A stretch of DNA of 64,000 nt, from positions 14,408-78,407 of the forward strand of contig CAVJDT010000002.1 in NCBI GenBank assembly GCA_963648435.1, given 5' to 3'. A program made the translations under genes and the position numbers. Below the pieces are notes generated by a model. The model was given only the letters and a program-made list of their open reading frames with translations. It did no database searches and had not been told where the DNA came from. This DNA comes from Bacillota bacterium (GTDB lineage Bacteria > Bacillota_I > Bacilli_A > ML615J-28 > CAG-313). This document shows, in pieces, positions 40,377 through 49,265 of the stretch; position 1 is the first letter of the stretch, and each line of letters starts with the position of its first letter.

Positions 40377-42650
40377 CTACTGCTCTAACTTTTTTTTAAT
40401 AAGATCGTTTAAAACAAATAAATATTTACCGGTTGTATGTCCCCAAATTTCCTTATAAACCGCATTATTAATTGTTGGCCAATATGGTTCATCATCATAT
40501 CCTTTAGTTTCAATTCCAACCGGCAAAGCTCCTACTAATTGAGGTGAATAGGCCACATATAAAGGATGATAATTGTATCCTTCCCCATACATAGTTGATG
40601 ATGCAAAAGGATTTTTACCTAATATCCACTCTAATTGGTTAATCGCAATTTGTTGAAGTTCTTGATCATTCGTTATTTGTGAAACAAGCGTTACTGCTTT
40701 AGTTTTACTTAATAATGTGGCATGAAAACCTCGGCGCTGGATAGCAGCAGGAAAAATACGTAAATAAACATCATCATTTAGTTTAATTCCATGCTTTGCT
40801 TGCGTTTTTAAATTTTCTAAAGCTTCGGCTGTAGTTCCATATCCAGCCGGAACAGTGAAACGCTCCATATTAAATTTATTTAAATCATAAACGTGAGCAC
40901 ATAAAAGATTATATGGGGCAGTATAACTAATTGTCTTTTTTACATATTCTCCATAAAGTTCTAAACTATGATACCATTTTTTATAGTTTTCATGGTCTTT
41001 AAAAGTTTTACATAAATAATACAAACCTTGAACTGGCGTTTGTTCATGCCCACGATGTTCATACGTTAACATATACTTATGTTCTATATCTTCATAAAAG
41101 AAGCCGCGAAGTGGAATATCCCAATTTGGGTAGTCAAGTTGTTGGGTTTGCATAATAATATCTCCATAGTTTATAGCTATATCTTGATATTTAGAATCTT
41201 TAGTAATTTCAAATAGTAATGATGCACATTCAGCTCCTATTCCTGCTACCACCGCATCAATGTTACTACCCCATCTTTTGGTATAAACTTTCAACTTGTA
41301 ATCTTTGATGGCGGTTTCAAAATCTAATCGTGCTATTCTTAAACACCAATCTTGATAAATCTTATTATCATAATTTTGATAGGCTTTTAATAATGCTGCA
41401 CATGCTAAAAAGTTTTCAAATGGACCTTCTTCGCTAGCATTTTGAAATACACCTTGGTTAGTTGGTGAAAGAACATTTTTACGCCACATTTTATAGCCTA
41501 CAGCTAAGGCTCTTTGTCCATCCTCAAATGAAGTTTGAAGAAGCCAATCAATTCCTACTTTTCCTTCTTCTAATAAACGTTTATGCAAATCTTCATCCTT
41601 GGTGTTTTTAGCTAAATCAAGGATGGCTTCGGCCATTTCAGCCGTACAAATTTCAAATTGTGATAAGTCCCCCGCATCATGCCAACCCCTAAAATTAGGT
41701 ACACTTTTACCATTAGTATGAACACTGCGACAATTCAAGTGACATGCACTATGTACATTTTCAACATCTACTCCACATCTAAGGGTTCTTAAAAACTGCA
41801 TACTCTTCCAAATTGATAATTGATAGGGATTACTAGATATTTCAAAAAGATTAGTTTTTAGATTATTTACTTCTAAATAGTACCTTCCCTTAGTAGTTAC
41901 ATGACTAAAATCTAAAACTTGAAATTCACCTATATGGCTTTTACATGATTTAGTTTTATCTTGATATATGATATTATCATTTTCATCTTTTAAATAAAAT
42001 TCAAATTCTTTATTTCCACTAATTATAGCACTCTTAGTTGCATCAGTAAAATACCCAACATGAGAATAAGCAATACGGTCTTCTAAGTTCCATCCTTTAA
42101 TATAGTCTGCTTTAACTAATTGCATTTTAATATCTTTAATAAAAAAACTTACATTAGGCAAAGCCTCCGGTGGGGTTCCAAATAAAAAAGGTGTAATGTT
42201 TAATGTTTTGATATCATTTCTAGTAACATCTTCTACTTCAAACATAATTTCATTCCATTTATTAGGAATTACACTTGCGGTGTGAACTACACTACCAAAA
42301 GTATAATGAATATAAAAATTTACAAATCCTGTTGCTTTAATAAACATTTTTAAATAAACACGGTTATATTTGGTAAAATCATGTTTTTCAAAATTAACAA
42401 CGACACTACAGTTTGGTCTTTTCTCTAAATCTTCAACATCATCATTTTCATCAAGTCTTATTGAACCATCCTCAAAACTAAGGGTTCCCGCTCCATTTAA
42501 GGTGACATTATCAAGATTTAAACCATTCCATAATAACTCTTCTTTTTCAACTTTTTTATGATGATGGCGATATTCTGCTCCATCCTTAAGGTTTTCTTCA
42601 ACCATTTTATGGGCATAATCGCTTTTTTTAACCCAATTATTTACGTTCAT
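40377..42650 (-). CDS. Glycoside hydrolase, GH9-like (alpha/alpha-6 barrel) with an N-terminal Ig-like domain
   Basis: 757 aa with a GWHDAGD motif like the catalytic DAGD of GH9. No signal peptide is seen. Confidence 0.5.
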   Translation of the reverse strand: MNVNNWVKKSDYAHKMVEENLKDGAEYRHHHKKVEKEELLWNGLNLDNVTLNGAGTLSFEDGSIRLDENDDVEDLEKRPNCSVVVNFEKHDFTKYNRVYLKMFIKATGFVNFYIHYTFGSVVHTASVIPNKWNEIMFEVEDVTRNDIKTLNITPFLFGTPPEALPNVSFFIKDIKMQLVKADYIKGWNLEDRIAYSHVGYFTDATKSAIISGNKEFEFYLKDENDNIIYQDKTKSCKSHIGEFQVLDFSHVTTKGRYYLEVNNLKTNLFEISSNPYQLSIWKSMQFLRTLRCGVDVENVHSACHLNCRSVHTNGKSVPNFRGWHDAGDLSQFEICTAEMAEAILDLAKNTKDEDLHKRLLEEGKVGIDWLLQTSFEDGQRALAVGYKMWRKNVLSPTNQGVFQNASEEGPFENFLACAALLKAYQNYDNKIYQDWCLRIARLDFETAIKDYKLKVYTKRWGSNIDAVVAGIGAECASLLFEITKDSKYQDIAINYGDIIMQTQQLDYPNWDIPLRGFFYEDIEHKYMLTYEHRGHEQTPVQGLYYLCKTFKDHENYKKWYHSLELYGEYVKKTISYTAPYNLLCAHVYDLNKFNMERFTVPAGYGTTAEALENLKTQAKHGIKLNDDVYLRIFPAAIQRRGFHATLLSKTKAVTLVSQITNDQELQQIAINQLEWILGKNPFASSTMYGEGYNYHPLYVAYSPQLVGALPVGIETKGYDDEPYWPTINNAVYKEIWGHTTGKYLFVLNDLIKKKLEQ

Positions 42651-42658
42651 AAATCCTC

Positions 42659-43729
42659 CTATTTTGTTACAATTGAAAGAGGAACCATCATTTCATCAAC
42701 CGTATCACCAGCGTGATGAGCTTTCATGATAAATTCATCTTTCTCTAATGCAATATTATATTTGTCAATTGCAACCGCCACATAATCAAATAAAAACCTT
42801 GTAGCTTTAGTGTAATCATTACCCAAATATCCTTCTTTTAAAAATTCATTAGTTTCATATAATTTAAACCAATTTCCAAAATATTTCTTAAAAAGTTTTT
42901 TAAAAGTTTCATGGTCTTTCACTTTAAAAGCAACAGTTCTTGCTTCAATGGATGGTTTTCTAATTAAAGTATCATATAAATCAGGATAATCCGTTAAGAA
43001 TAAATCAGTTGTATCAACGACACCATGGTCCGCTATAATAATTATAGTAGTATCTTTACCTATATTTTTGAATGTTTTCGCAAGGGTTTTATCAAGTTTT
43101 CTAACAACCTTTTTTACTTTTGGGCTATTAGTTCCCAATTCATGCATTAAGTAATCAGGATTATCCCAATAACAATAAGTATAAGTTGGTTCATCTAATT
43201 TAGAAATATTAACCATTTCTTTTCCCATTGCTTTAAAGGTTCTAAATCCATTTTCCTTAAAACTTGGATATAATTCAAATGTCTTTACTTGCTTAAACTT
43301 AGCAATTATCGGAGTATAATGGATATAAGTATCAGCCACATTAATTGTTAACGGGGTATTGGTGTATGTTGTCACATTTTTAAATAATATGACATCTTGT
43401 CTTATTTCATCAAAGTATTGATGCCATCCTATCCATCCACTTTCCCCCGGACTCATTCCTGAACAAAGTGCTGATGTTGCGGCGACGGTCGTAGGGGGAT
43501 AAACACTTGTGATGTAATTTTTCATATTTGTTCTAATAAAACTATCTGGATTTAAATGTTTTTCAATAATATTTCGTCCTAATCCATCAAGCACTACCAA
43601 AAAAACATGTTTCGCATTTTTTATTTTTTCATCTACGATTTTATTAGTTACATAATTACTGCTAACTTCATATTTGTTCATAATCGATGATACTACATTT
43701 AAGATACAATTATTAAAATTAGGTTTCAT
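42659..43729 (-). CDS. Alkaline phosphatase superfamily protein (type I phosphodiesterase / nucleotide pyrophosphatase-like)
   Basis: Motif VVLDGLGRN and metal-ligand motif IIIADHG. Confidence 0.72.
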   Translation of the reverse strand: MKPNFNNCILNVVSSIMNKYEVSSNYVTNKIVDEKIKNAKHVFLVVLDGLGRNIIEKHLNPDSFIRTNMKNYITSVYPPTTVAATSALCSGMSPGESGWIGWHQYFDEIRQDVILFKNVTTYTNTPLTINVADTYIHYTPIIAKFKQVKTFELYPSFKENGFRTFKAMGKEMVNISKLDEPTYTYCYWDNPDYLMHELGTNSPKVKKVVRKLDKTLAKTFKNIGKDTTIIIIADHGVVDTTDLFLTDYPDLYDTLIRKPSIEARTVAFKVKDHETFKKLFKKYFGNWFKLYETNEFLKEGYLGNDYTKATRFLFDYVAVAIDKYNIALEKDEFIMKAHHAGDTVDEMMVPLSIVTK

Positions 43730-43781
43730 TTCAAGGCTCCTTTATAAGAAAAAGATATTTAATTTTTAAATTAAACATCTT

Positions 43782-44123
43782 CTACTTAGTTTCTATCCAT
43801 TTAATATAAAGTTTTAGATTTTTATCAGGCATTTTGTCAAATTCAAGTGGTAACATGAATTCTTCATCACGATATAATCCCTCAATGGTATATCCCTTAC
43901 GTTCTGGTAGTTTAATTTCACTTAGTGGTGTATTCTTTTTAAACTTATATGTACTAATTAAATTTCCTTCACTATATAGTCTTATACGATATTTTACCGT
44001 TACCGCGTAAATTAGTAAAACTACCCATGGTATAAATAATACCACAATTAAGGCAATAATACAGGGCCACCACCATGTTGGGGGGGTAGGACTTGCCTCT
44101 AATAGATTAAAAATAATCCTCAT
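43782..44123 (-). CDS. Small membrane-anchored protein with a single flg_new (Listeria-Bacteroides repeat)-like motif
   Basis: 113 aa. N-terminal TM, then GYTIEGLYRDEEF resembling an InlB B-repeat. GGAGG SD. Confidence 0.45.
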   Translation of the reverse strand: MRIIFNLLEASPTPPTWWWPCIIALIVVLFIPWVVLLIYAVTVKYRIRLYSEGNLISTYKFKKNTPLSEIKLPERKGYTIEGLYRDEEFMLPLEFDKMPDKNLKLYIKWIETK

Positions 44124-44129
44124 ATCTTA

Positions 44130-44470
44130 TCCTCCATTAATCTAATTCGTCATTTAATTGTATTTTGGATAAATTAATATTCAAGCATTGGCTAATTTCA
44201 ATTTATCTTGATAACAATTGATTAACATTTCTTTTGTAATTTCCAATTTTTTTACAACTTTTACATATTTTAAATAAACTTTAAGAGCTTTCTTTTGTTA
44301 ATTTTTTAGAATATTTAAATAATGTATTAAATTTTCAACATTTTAGTCTTTTGATAGAACTGTCTGGTTATACTTGTTTCAATATTATTTACCAAACCAC
44401 AACTATTAACTAATCTATTTACTTCTTTTCGTTTAGCATCAATTAAGGTTCTACGTTTATTCCTAGAATC
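44130..44470 (-). pseudogene. Possible decayed TnpB/OrfB (IS200/IS605 family)-like remnant
   Basis: A minus-strand reading frame with no start codon gives ...NKRRTLIDAKRKEVNRLVNSCGLVNNIETSITRQFYQKTKMLKI*. A second frame gives ...ICKSCKKIGNYKRNVNQLL. Both vaguely resemble the TnpB linker and Zn-finger regions. A 347-bp non-coding gap inside an otherwise tight operon. Confidence 0.2.
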
Positions 44471-45274
44471 TTATTTGATGACTACTTTTTGCCATTTAGT
44501 TGAAGCAAGAATTCTTTCATTAATAGTATTTGTTTTTATTTTATAAATATGCTTACTACCTCTTGGAATAAGTTCATTAGAAACTATCTTACCAAGCCTT
44601 GATAGTACTGCTTCAATTTGCGTATAGTCAAAGGCCATACAAGAAAATATGTCCGCAAGAATTCTGTTATTTTCATAATCATAATGTAAAGCAATATGAC
44701 TTTGGGCAATAACAATTATACCTGATAAATATTTAGGATTATTCAAGGTACTTTTAACTACATATGGTCTTGTAATGGGATCCATATTGATATCATAAAC
44801 TGTCTTTTCAAGGAAATCAAACATTTCTTCCATTTTAATTTGATGGTCAACTTCAATTTCAGCCATTAAGTGTGGACCAAAATCCGCAACCGGATCATAT
44901 GGTTTTACATTAAATGTTCCCTTAGTTCTTGTTACTGTATTAATGATTGAATTCTTTTCATCAAAAGGAAGACGACGCATTAAAAATTCAGTTAGTTTGT
45001 TTTCATCAAAATCTTTAGTGGTAAAGCAATCAATGAAATAACATTCACGAAGAGGGAACGTATGGATTGTTATATGTCCACCTTCTAATAATACATAAGC
45101 ACTAATTCCAATATCTTCAGCTACTCTACCATAATAATAAGGGACAATAGTTGGGGGACAAATAGGGTCTAAATCTAAAATGTAACTTGCATCAGTTAAA
45201 AGTTGGTTAACAACCTTCATATCATTTAATTGGTGTTCATTCGCACCATAACAGTCAAGAGTTGTATGTTTCAT
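44471..45274 (-). CDS. Tandem-duplicated S-adenosylmethionine-decarboxylase-like (SpeD/SpeH fold) protein; putative pyruvoyl-dependent arginine decarboxylase
   Basis: 267 aa, twice the usual SpeD length. Two repeats each match the GxHxxxxxxGC and (E)SHhxhHTFPEx...DhFTC signatures. Repeat 1 has LLEGGHITIHTFPLRECYFIDCFTT with no processing Ser. Repeat 2 has IAQSHIALHYDYENNRILADIFSC with the Ser retained. A 1-nt overlap with speB. Confidence 0.62.
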   Translation of the reverse strand: MKHTTLDCYGANEHQLNDMKVVNQLLTDASYILDLDPICPPTIVPYYYGRVAEDIGISAYVLLEGGHITIHTFPLRECYFIDCFTTKDFDENKLTEFLMRRLPFDEKNSIINTVTRTKGTFNVKPYDPVADFGPHLMAEIEVDHQIKMEEMFDFLEKTVYDINMDPITRPYVVKSTLNNPKYLSGIIVIAQSHIALHYDYENNRILADIFSCMAFDYTQIEAVLSRLGKIVSNELIPRGSKHIYKIKTNTINERILASTKWQKVVIK

Positions 45275-46164
45275 TATTTTACTTCCTTCTTTTTTAATAT
45301 TTCAAATATTTCATATAAAGTTTTTAAAGCAAGCCATGAAGTAATATCATTACAGTCTAATGGTGGGGATACTTCAACAATATCCATTGCCTCAATTGGT
45401 AAGACTTTAAACATTTCTTTAATTAATAACATTAATTGGTTACTATTTAATCCAAAAGCTTCAGGGGTACCAGTTCCTGGGGCAAAACTTGGGTCATTAG
45501 CATCGATATCATATGATAAGTAAATACTATAATCATTTGATGCAAAGCGGTTTTTTAAATCTTTTATTACTTCATCATAACCTTCTTTATTTAAATAACT
45601 TGCCCGGTAAACCTTTAATTCAGGATGAGCACTAAGATAGGTAGTTTCATATGCTTCATATCCTCTAATACCAATCATTGTAATATTATTTGTTTCATAA
45701 CCATGATCAATGGCTCTACGATTGGTACAAGCATGTGAGTAATTACTGCCATCATAGAAATCACAAATATCAGGATGAGCATCAATATGAATAATTACTG
45801 GTATTTTATTTTCTCTTTTTGCTTTTTCTAAAAAGCTTTGTTCAAGAGGAATGGTAACAGAATGGTCACCACCTAAAAACAAATTAAATTTATTATACTT
45901 AAAAACTTCATCAGCTTTTGCTTTGACCCTTTTATAGAAGTCTTTGCCATTTTCAACATCACCACAATCAAAAATCTTAGTTTTGTGGATATCTTCACCA
46001 TCCATTGTGAAGGCTGGTAAATAATAAGATAATTCACGCATTACTTTTGGTGCGTCTTTTGAGCCTTTACCACATGAACATCCATCATCATATGGTAAGC
46101 CAAGTAAAATTACATTTGCTTCTTCAATGTTTGATACGCATAAATCTCTAAATTCTTTTTTCAT
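45274..46164 (-). CDS. speB: Agmatinase (arginase/ureohydrolase family)
   Basis: Mn-binding motifs GGDHSVT, DAHPD and SYDIDANDP. Confidence 0.85.
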   Translation of the reverse strand: MKKEFRDLCVSNIEEANVILLGLPYDDGCSCGKGSKDAPKVMRELSYYLPAFTMDGEDIHKTKIFDCGDVENGKDFYKRVKAKADEVFKYNKFNLFLGGDHSVTIPLEQSFLEKAKRENKIPVIIHIDAHPDICDFYDGSNYSHACTNRRAIDHGYETNNITMIGIRGYEAYETTYLSAHPELKVYRASYLNKEGYDEVIKDLKNRFASNDYSIYLSYDIDANDPSFAPGTGTPEAFGLNSNQLMLLIKEMFKVLPIEAMDIVEVSPPLDCNDITSWLALKTLYEIFEILKKKEVK

Positions 46165-46230
46165 AATTACCTCATTTTACCTTGATATAATACCATTTTT
46201 TAAGACAAATAGCAAGAATTTGGTTTTATT

Positions 46231-47412
46231 TTATTCATTTTTAACTATTTTTTGACAAGTAAAGTATCTAATTATTGTTAAGACCATTGTTATTAAACTA
46301 AATAATCCCATTAAAAGATAATAATAACGATAAGTTTTAGTTATTTCAATTAAATTTCCATCAATATTATTAAATATAAAAACAAAGATAGCTTGACCAA
46401 GTGTTATAAGCATAATTCCAGTGGTTGCTTTTTCTTTTCCTACAATTTTTAAAACAGTTTGATATGATACGTGCAGTATCACCGCGAAAGCTACCCCCCT
46501 AAGTCCCGCCAAAATTATGACAATCCAAAGTGGTGCGTAAAGTCCATTTGTTAAAAAGCGAATACAAAGGCATGTAGATGCAATAACTAATAATAAGTTA
46601 TTATTAATTTTATTAGATGTCTTACTAAATATAACAAGTAAAATAACTTCAATAATAACATAATATGAATAAACCAGTCCATAGGTGCTAGAAGTAAGAC
46701 CCCTTTCTAAAAGATATATGGAAAAAAAGTGATCTCCTGCATTTATTGAACCCATTAATAAAGTATATAAAATTAAAAAATAAACAAATCCTTTCACTTT
46801 AAATAAACTACTAAGTTTTACCTTAGGTTTATTTTCACTTTCTTCTTGAAGCGGTTTTAACAAAAAATATAAAAAACTAGACAAAATAAAAAGAATGCAT
46901 GAAACTAAAAAGCAAATTTTAAAATTCGTTAAATTAATCAAAAAGCCACCTACAGTTGTACCAATAATATAAGCTATAGAGCCATATAAACGAATACTAG
47001 AATAATTAATTGTTTTTTCATTACTAAATAAAGTTAATAATGAATCCATTAAGCCATAATGACATGAACCAAATATCGCTAGTAATAAGGTTAAAGCACT
47101 GATTACATAAAAACTAGAACTACATGCTATCATAATAATCATTATAGCTTCTATTCCCGAAATAATACTTAAAATGTTTTTGGTAATTTTGGGATTTTTA
47201 CATATTTTAGTGTATATAGGATTGGTAATAATTCCAACTAAGGGACTAATTGACAAGATAAAGCCAATTTTTCCTTCCACTAATCCTTGATTTTTCAAAA
47301 ACATTGAAAAGAAAGGATAAAAAAAGGAATCACCTAAATATCTTGTAAATGTTAATACTCTATATTTTGTTACTTCTTTCATATTATTTTTCCTCATAAT
47401 ATGATAGCACAA
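46231..47412 (-). CDS. MFS transporter
   Basis: 393 aa with 12 TM helices. Confidence 0.68.
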   Translation of the reverse strand: MCYHIMRKNNMKEVTKYRVLTFTRYLGDSFFYPFFSMFLKNQGLVEGKIGFILSISPLVGIITNPIYTKICKNPKITKNILSIISGIEAIMIIMIACSSSFYVISALTLLLAIFGSCHYGLMDSLLTLFSNEKTINYSSIRLYGSIAYIIGTTVGGFLINLTNFKICFLVSCILFILSSFLYFLLKPLQEESENKPKVKLSSLFKVKGFVYFLILYTLLMGSINAGDHFFSIYLLERGLTSSTYGLVYSYYVIIEVILLVIFSKTSNKINNNLLLVIASTCLCIRFLTNGLYAPLWIVIILAGLRGVAFAVILHVSYQTVLKIVGKEKATTGIMLITLGQAIFVFIFNNIDGNLIEITKTYRYYYLLMGLFSLITMVLTIIRYFTCQKIVKNE

Positions 47413-47449
47413 ATCAAAAAAATAAATTTAATAAATACTCATAAATATT

Positions 47450-47478
47450 AGAAAAAACACGCATATTTTGTGCGTGTT
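47450..47478 (-). terminator. Terminator after the ABC exporter pair
   Basis: 8-bp stem aacacgca / tgcgtgtt overlapping the stop, with a U-run on the minus strand. Confidence 0.55.
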
Positions 47479-49265
47479 TAATCAAATTGTGAATTATATA
47501 AATCATAGTAAAAACCTTTTTTAAGTAAAAGTTCTTGATGAGTACCTTTTTCAATAATATTTCCATTATTAACTACTAAAATTAAATCAGCATTTTGAAC
47601 AGTTGATAACCGGTGAGCAATAATAAAACAAGTTTTCCCCTTCATCAAAGCATCCATAGCTTCTTGAATTTTTATTTCCGTTCTTGTATCAACATTTGAA
47701 GTTGCCTCATCTAATATTAACATATTAGCATTTAGTAACATTGCTCTTGCAATGGTTAAAAGTTGTTTTTCACCTTTAGAAATGTTAATACCATCTTCAG
47801 TAATAATGGTATCATAACCATTTGGCAAACTTTCAATAAAGTTATTGATATGTGCTGCTGTTGCGACTTTCTTTACTTGATCTAAAGTAACGTTATCCAT
47901 TCCATATGCAATATTATCATATACACTACCTTCAAAAAGCCAAGTATCTTGAAGAACCATCGCATATGATGACCTTACACATTTACGCATTATTTGATAA
48001 ATGGAATTATTATCAAGGGTAATATCGCCTTTTGATACATCATAAAATCGCATTAATAGATTGACAATTGTAGTTTTACCAGCTCCAGTTGGACCCACAA
48101 TCGCAATTTTTTTACCAGCTACTGCCTCAAATGATAAATTTTTAATAATTACTTGATTTTCAAGATAACCAAACTGAACATTTTTAAATTTTACATTACC
48201 TTCTACTTTATCAAGCATTAATGCATTTTCGGCATCTTCTTTTTCTTTATCTTGGTCGATTAAATCAAATACCCTTTCTGCCGCCGCAAGAGCACTTTGA
48301 ATATCAACAAAAATGTTTGCGACTTCATTAATTGGACCTGAAAATTTACGAGAATAAAGGACAAATGAGGAAATTTTCCTTAAACCAATTTTGGAAAAAA
48401 TGTAAAGAATTGAACCAAAAACACAAATTAATGAAAGGGATAAATTATTAACAAAGTTTACACCTGGCCCCGTTATACTACCATAATATTCAGCTTTATA
48501 TGCCGCAGTAACTGCTTCTTCATTTTCTTTATTAAACCCTTCAATAATGTTATTCTCAACCCCATAAGCTTTAATGGTTTTACTACCACTAATCATTTCT
48601 TCGACATAACCATTTAAAGTACCTAAACTAACTGAACGTTTTTTGAATAATTTATGAGTTTTTCTAAGCATAAAACGCGTGAAGAAAAGAGATATTGGAA
48701 TAGTTACCCCCATTATTAAAGTAAGAAGGGGCGAAATAACTATCATCATAATTAAGGAACCAACAACAGTTATTGTGGCGGTACAAATATGGACTATATC
48801 ACTTGATAATGATGTATTAACCGTATCAATATCATAGGACATTCTGCTGATAATATCACCTGATAAGTTGTGATCAAAATAAGCAACTGGTAACATCATT
48901 AAGCTATCAAAACAGTCCTTTCTAAGTTTATAGACTATTTTCTTACTTATTTTAACCATTAAAAAAGTTAAAATAAAATTAAGAATTGTTGATGCTAAAT
49001 AAAATATAATCATTAAACCAGCATATAGATATACCTTATCAAACTCTACTTTATGGGCTCCTGGTTCTATTGCTTCAATGGCATATCCTGATAGTAATGG
49101 TCCAACTAGAGAAAAAAGATTAGAAATAATAGTAAGTAAAATCGCAAAAATAAACCAACCTTTAAATTCACTAATATAACTACCTAAACGTTTTAAAGTT
49201 TTCTTTTTGTTTTTAGGCTTGTTAAAAGTTCTCGTTGATACTTTTGACCCACGCATATTATTCAC
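47478..49265 (-). CDS. ABC exporter, fused permease and ATP-binding protein (type I exporter half-transporter)
   Basis: 6 TM helices plus NBD (GPTGAGKTT, LSKGEKQL, LILDEATS). Confidence 0.9.
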   Translation of the reverse strand: MNNMRGSKVSTRTFNKPKNKKKTLKRLGSYISEFKGWFIFAILLTIISNLFSLVGPLLSGYAIEAIEPGAHKVEFDKVYLYAGLMIIFYLASTILNFILTFLMVKISKKIVYKLRKDCFDSLMMLPVAYFDHNLSGDIISRMSYDIDTVNTSLSSDIVHICTATITVVGSLIMMIVISPLLTLIMGVTIPISLFFTRFMLRKTHKLFKKRSVSLGTLNGYVEEMISGSKTIKAYGVENNIIEGFNKENEEAVTAAYKAEYYGSITGPGVNFVNNLSLSLICVFGSILYIFSKIGLRKISSFVLYSRKFSGPINEVANIFVDIQSALAAAERVFDLIDQDKEKEDAENALMLDKVEGNVKFKNVQFGYLENQVIIKNLSFEAVAGKKIAIVGPTGAGKTTIVNLLMRFYDVSKGDITLDNNSIYQIMRKCVRSSYAMVLQDTWLFEGSVYDNIAYGMDNVTLDQVKKVATAAHINNFIESLPNGYDTIITEDGINISKGEKQLLTIARAMLLNANMLILDEATSNVDTRTEIKIQEAMDALMKGKTCFIIAHRLSTVQNADLILVVNNGNIIEKGTHQELLLKKGFYYDLYNSQFD

